From Neophaeotheca triangularis (taxonomy: Eukaryota), in NCBI GenBank assembly GCA_054600435.1, contig BAAIJX010000007.1:558001-622000 (forward strand): a stretch of DNA of 64,000 nt. Direction: 5' to 3'. How positions within the stretch are numbered: position 1 is the first letter of the stretch; every line of letters begins with the position of its first letter. This document shows, piece by piece, positions 60,206-64,000 of the stretch. The notes beneath the pieces were generated by a model that saw nothing but the letters and a program-made list of their open reading frames with translations, searched no databases and was not told the DNA's origin. The translations under genes and the position numbers were made by a program.

Positions 60206-60967
60206 ATGACCACCCCTCGCGTCTTCATCATCCGCCACGGCGAAACCGAATGGTCGCTCAACGGCCGACATACAGGCATCTCTGACATTCCCCTCACTGC
60301 CAACGGCGAGAAACGCATCCTCGCGACTGGCCGCGCCCTCGTCGGTACCGACCGCCTCATCATCCCGCAGAACCTCGCGCACGTCTTTGTCAGCCCGCGG
60401 TCGCGCGCGCAAAGGACGCTCGAGCTGCTAGGTGTGACTGGCGGCCGCGGGGTCCGCGACGGCGTCGAGGTCGAGACCACGGACGCGATTGCCGAGTGGG
60501 ATTACGGCGATTACGAGGGGGTTACGTCTGGGGAGATACGGCGGCGGCGCGGGCGCGAGCAAGGGCTACCGGAGGGCCAGGAGGCCGAGTGGGATATCTG
60601 GCACGATGGGTGTCCTGGTGGGGAGTCGCCGGCGCAGGTGACGGCGCGGGTGGATGCGCTGATTGAGCGGATCCGGCGTGAGTTTCATGCGCCGGCGATA
60701 GGACAGGCAAAGGGGAGCGTGCAGCGGCCGTATGATGTGTTGATCGTGGCGCATGGGCATATATTGAGGGCCCTAGCAGGGAGGTGGATCGGTCAGGATA
60801 TTGCCAGGAATCCAAGTTTGATTCTCGAGGCTGGTGGGGTTGGAACGCTGAGTTATGAGCACGCGAAGTTGGCGGAGCCGGCGATTTTGCTGGGTGGTGC
60901 GTTCATGAGTGACGTCGTTGAGAACGCCGAGGAAGAGCAGAAGGGGAAGGACGAGGGGGAGAGGTGA
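60206..60967 (+). CDS. SHB17: Histidine phosphatase/PGM family, sedoheptulose-1,7-bisphosphatase-like
   Basis: IRHGETEWSLNGRHTG, EWDYGDYEG, WDIWHDGCPGGES and VAHGHILRA. Confidence 0.85.
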   Translation: MTTPRVFIIRHGETEWSLNGRHTGISDIPLTANGEKRILATGRALVGTDRLIIPQNLAHVFVSPRSRAQRTLELLGVTGGRGVRDGVEVETTDAIAEWDYGDYEGVTSGEIRRRRGREQGLPEGQEAEWDIWHDGCPGGESPAQVTARVDALIERIRREFHAPAIGQAKGSVQRPYDVLIVAHGHILRALAGRWIGQDIARNPSLILEAGGVGTLSYEHAKLAEPAILLGGAFMSDVVENAEEEQKGKDEGER

Positions 60968-61533
60968 GGAGCGGGCCTCGTTGATTGCTTTGGAAGTTGA
61001 AATAGAGAATGGAGGAAACTGCGACGAGGGACAAACGAGGCCGGAGGTCGAAAGGTCACCGGTCGATTACGCTCCGAGAGCAAGATAAAGAGTAAAGCAA
61101 TAAGTCGACCGAAGAATCAACAGGTCCTTGCAGGAGTTTGACCCTTCAAACGGGTGCACATAGACATGTTAACATGGATGACAGGGAAGAGAATTGGAGA
61201 CAACGTAAACATGATCAACGCCATATCCATTTTGACTGATTGCCCGAGAAAGAGAGCTACTAGTACATCATAGCAGCAATCGCAGCTATTGGCCATGCAA
61301 AGCACGCCCCGACCATACGTTCGCCCGTTCCCCATTTGCAACCACAATCTGCCCCTCTCGTGCTGGAGGTAGAACACCGTTCCACCGAATGAACCTCCTT
61401 CCGAAAGCGTTGAGATCCTTGCAAAGATTCATTCACTCGTCGAGACTTGCCACTCAATATACGTGCAATGCTTGGACTATGGCACAGTATAATGTTAGCG
61501 CCGATTCGAGCAAGAACACCTTCCACCGCCCGC

Positions 61534-63458
61534 TTAATCAGTCTTCACCATGTAGTCCTTGGCGTCGATGCCATCCTCGGGGTACTCCGGCAGAGGCACG
61601 CTGAAGCGAGACTCGACTTGTTTGAGCACTTCGCGGTCCTCGTCCTGAGAGACGAAGCTGATAGCCACGCCCTTGGTGCCGAAGCGACCGGCACGACCGA
61701 CACGGTGGAGGTAAGAATCGGCGTCAGGCGGGAGGTCGTAGTTAATGGCAAGGTTGATGCGCTCAATGTCGATACCACGGCCGAAGACATCGGTGGCAAC
61801 GCAAATGCGCGTGTTGAAGTCCTTGAACTCTTTGTAGCGCTTGATACTATCGGACAAAGTTAGAACATGGCCCATGCGGATATGGAGCTTGGAAGTACAC
61901 GTACCGTTCATCCTGCGAAACACCGGAGTGGACTGCGACAGATGGGAAGCCGCACTGCTTAAGAAGCTTGTCGAGCTCGGTGGCGCGGACAGTGGACTTG
62001 ACGAAGATGATGACCTGGTTGAAGGTCAGGGAGTCGAGGAGCTCGTTGAGCTTGCGGTTCTTCTCAGCCTCGGTGAGCTTGATGTAGTATTGACGGAGGC
62101 CGTCCAAAGACAGCTTAGCCTCGCTCTGCTCAAGCAGCTCGACTGGGTTTTGCATAAACTTCTTGCAGATCGGGATAGTTTCCTTGGAAAGCGTGGCAGA
62201 AAACATCATGACCTGCTTGTGGGTGGGAGTCTTGCGGAAGATGTCCTGGACATCACGGCGCATGTCTGCAGCAGTGTTAGCATTGCAATGCTGGGGTAAC
62301 AAACTTGTAAGGACTAACCAATCTGATCAAGCATCTTGTCGCATTCGTCGAGGACGAAAGTCTGGATGTTGCCGAGGCGCAGCTTGTTGTCGCGGACGAG
62401 AGCATTCAAGCGACCTGGGGTGGCCACGACGATATGGGGGTAAGTGTCCTTGCTGGCCAGAGTGTCGATGTTCTCCTGGATCTGAGTGCCACCGTAGAAG
62501 ACCGAAGTGCGGATGTTCGGCATGTACTTGGTGAAACGGTTGTACTCGTTCTTGATCTGAAAGGCGAGCTCACGAGTGTGACACATGACGAGAATGGAAG
62601 CCTCGCCATCAGTCGGCTCGAGCTGTTGGAGGGTGGAGAGGACGAAGACCGCAGTCTTGCCGTAACCGGACTTGGCTTGGCAGAGAATGTCTTGACCGAG
62701 GATAGCTTGAGGAATGCACTTCTGCTGGACTATGCGGTAAAGTTGTTAGAGTATGCTCGCGAAAACGGTAATCGAGTTAAAGGCGACCGGTTGAAGCGTC
62801 CGTCCATCTATTGAGTCGCAAGCGCGCGAGTTCGAGTGCCAGAGGTTGCCCGCGTATCCCATCCTGCTCTTTACATCCTTTTCACAAAGAATACGTCCAG
62901 CCTCCACTCCAAAACCTCCCACCCTTGCATCGTGTTCCCGCGAAATTATCGCAGACGCGCCGTCGATCTCAGGCAACCATCAATGATGCGACGGCGCGCC
63001 GAGCAGTAGGCAGGTCTCCCCGCGCCGCTCAGAAATTGAAGCTTGTCTGTACCGCAGTCGGCAAAACGGCACAGCGCATTGGCTTCGTACAATGATCGAT
63101 TGTCGGATGTACGCTTGGTTTCCCTCTTTCACTTTGGCTTGCGTGCTTGCTTGAGATGGACGAACGCTCCAGATCGCAAAGGAAGGGCACGCTTCTTTTA
63201 AGGAATGAACTGACCATCGGATGGATGCTCGAAACCGCAGTCGGTGATGGCCTTCAGAAGCTCAGCCTTGAGCAGGAAGTCGCGGAAAGTAGCCGAGTTG
63301 ATGCCGACGTATTTGGCAACGCCGCCAGCTGCGGCCTCGTCGCCCTTCTTAGTGGCCGCGGCTCCATTGGCAGCGGCGCCTCCGTTGGCGGCAGGGGTCT
63401 CGTTGGTGGTTTGGAGCTCCTCGTCAGAGTAGTCGATCAGGTCCTCTTCGGCAGACAT
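61534..63458 (-). CDS. SUB2: ATP-dependent DECD-box RNA helicase Sub2/UAP56
   Basis: [45 protein letters not shown] and [15 protein letters not shown]; introns 62730-63214, 62266-62318 and 61847-61904. Confidence 0.96.
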
Positions 63459-64000
63459 GGTGTTGGGTTGGGTGAAGTGAAGCTGAGAAGCTGAATGAAT
63501 TGGAGGAGCGCGAGAAAACCGGGCTGGTCGGCCGGTAGTACTTGGTACGGAGTGATGAAAAGGTGTGCGACCGTTGTCCTACAAAGCCGAGGGCGGATGA
63601 AGTGATGGGGGTGGTGTGTTTCGGAATGGTGGAGGATGGTGTAGGTGATGAAGTGCAGGCAGCGCAGGTCGCGATGTTGACGAACTTCCAGCTTCTGCGG
63701 GTTGCTAGCGCGAAGGCCCGCTGACTCAGATCACGCTAGTCAGAATTGGGAAAGAAACGCTTCGCTTTGTATTGATCGTTATGGCATTTGTCTTTCGGCA
63801 AAAGAAACAAGACAAATACCGCCCTACCCTCGGATCCCCAAATTCGACAATGGGAAAGGAGGAGCAAAAAGGCCCCAAGGGCGTTCAAAATCTGCATCTT
63901 CACGCCCGAGTTTCCTACCTTCACCAAGCGTGTACCTATCTAGCAACGCAAACAAGTAATACCGATAAGCCCGGCTCTTTCAGTCAACCAATTCTCGAGG

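Noticed and set aside
62730..63214. Box C/D snoRNA in the SUB2 intron
   Set aside because: CTGA is present, but I found no convincing RTGATGA box C on the sense strand.
1..64000. tRNA, rRNA, CRISPR arrays or autonomous transposons
   Set aside because: None recognised by eye; tRNAscan-SE and a repeat-library search would be needed to exclude them.

Overview
Intron-containing fungal genomic DNA from a filamentous ascomycete; gene content and style suggest a Dothideomycete (inference). About 22 protein-coding loci. Housekeeping genes: RPL34, PRP8 with a 169-aa mini-intein, WBP11-like, DASH subunit HSK3, HSP12, a Zn2Cys6 transcription factor, RRP43, SHB17 and SUB2. Accessory genes: two bacterial-luciferase-like sulfur-scavenging monooxygenases (one an MDR-SfnG fusion), a HET-domain gene, an AAA ATPase and a PLAC8 gene that each carry one in-frame stop, an ADP-ribosyltransferase-like gene and a decayed GH31 pseudogene. 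The most striking item the ORF track misses is a six-exon secreted precursor at 17429-18603, predicted to be cut by Kex2 into three related C-x7-C peptides. Also found: a 101-bp MITE with a 5-bp target-site duplication, a long-range base-paired SUB2 intron and a candidate structured ncRNA near 43.0-43.3 kb. All gene models were built by eye from GT/GC-AG and branch-site signals; no database searches were run.
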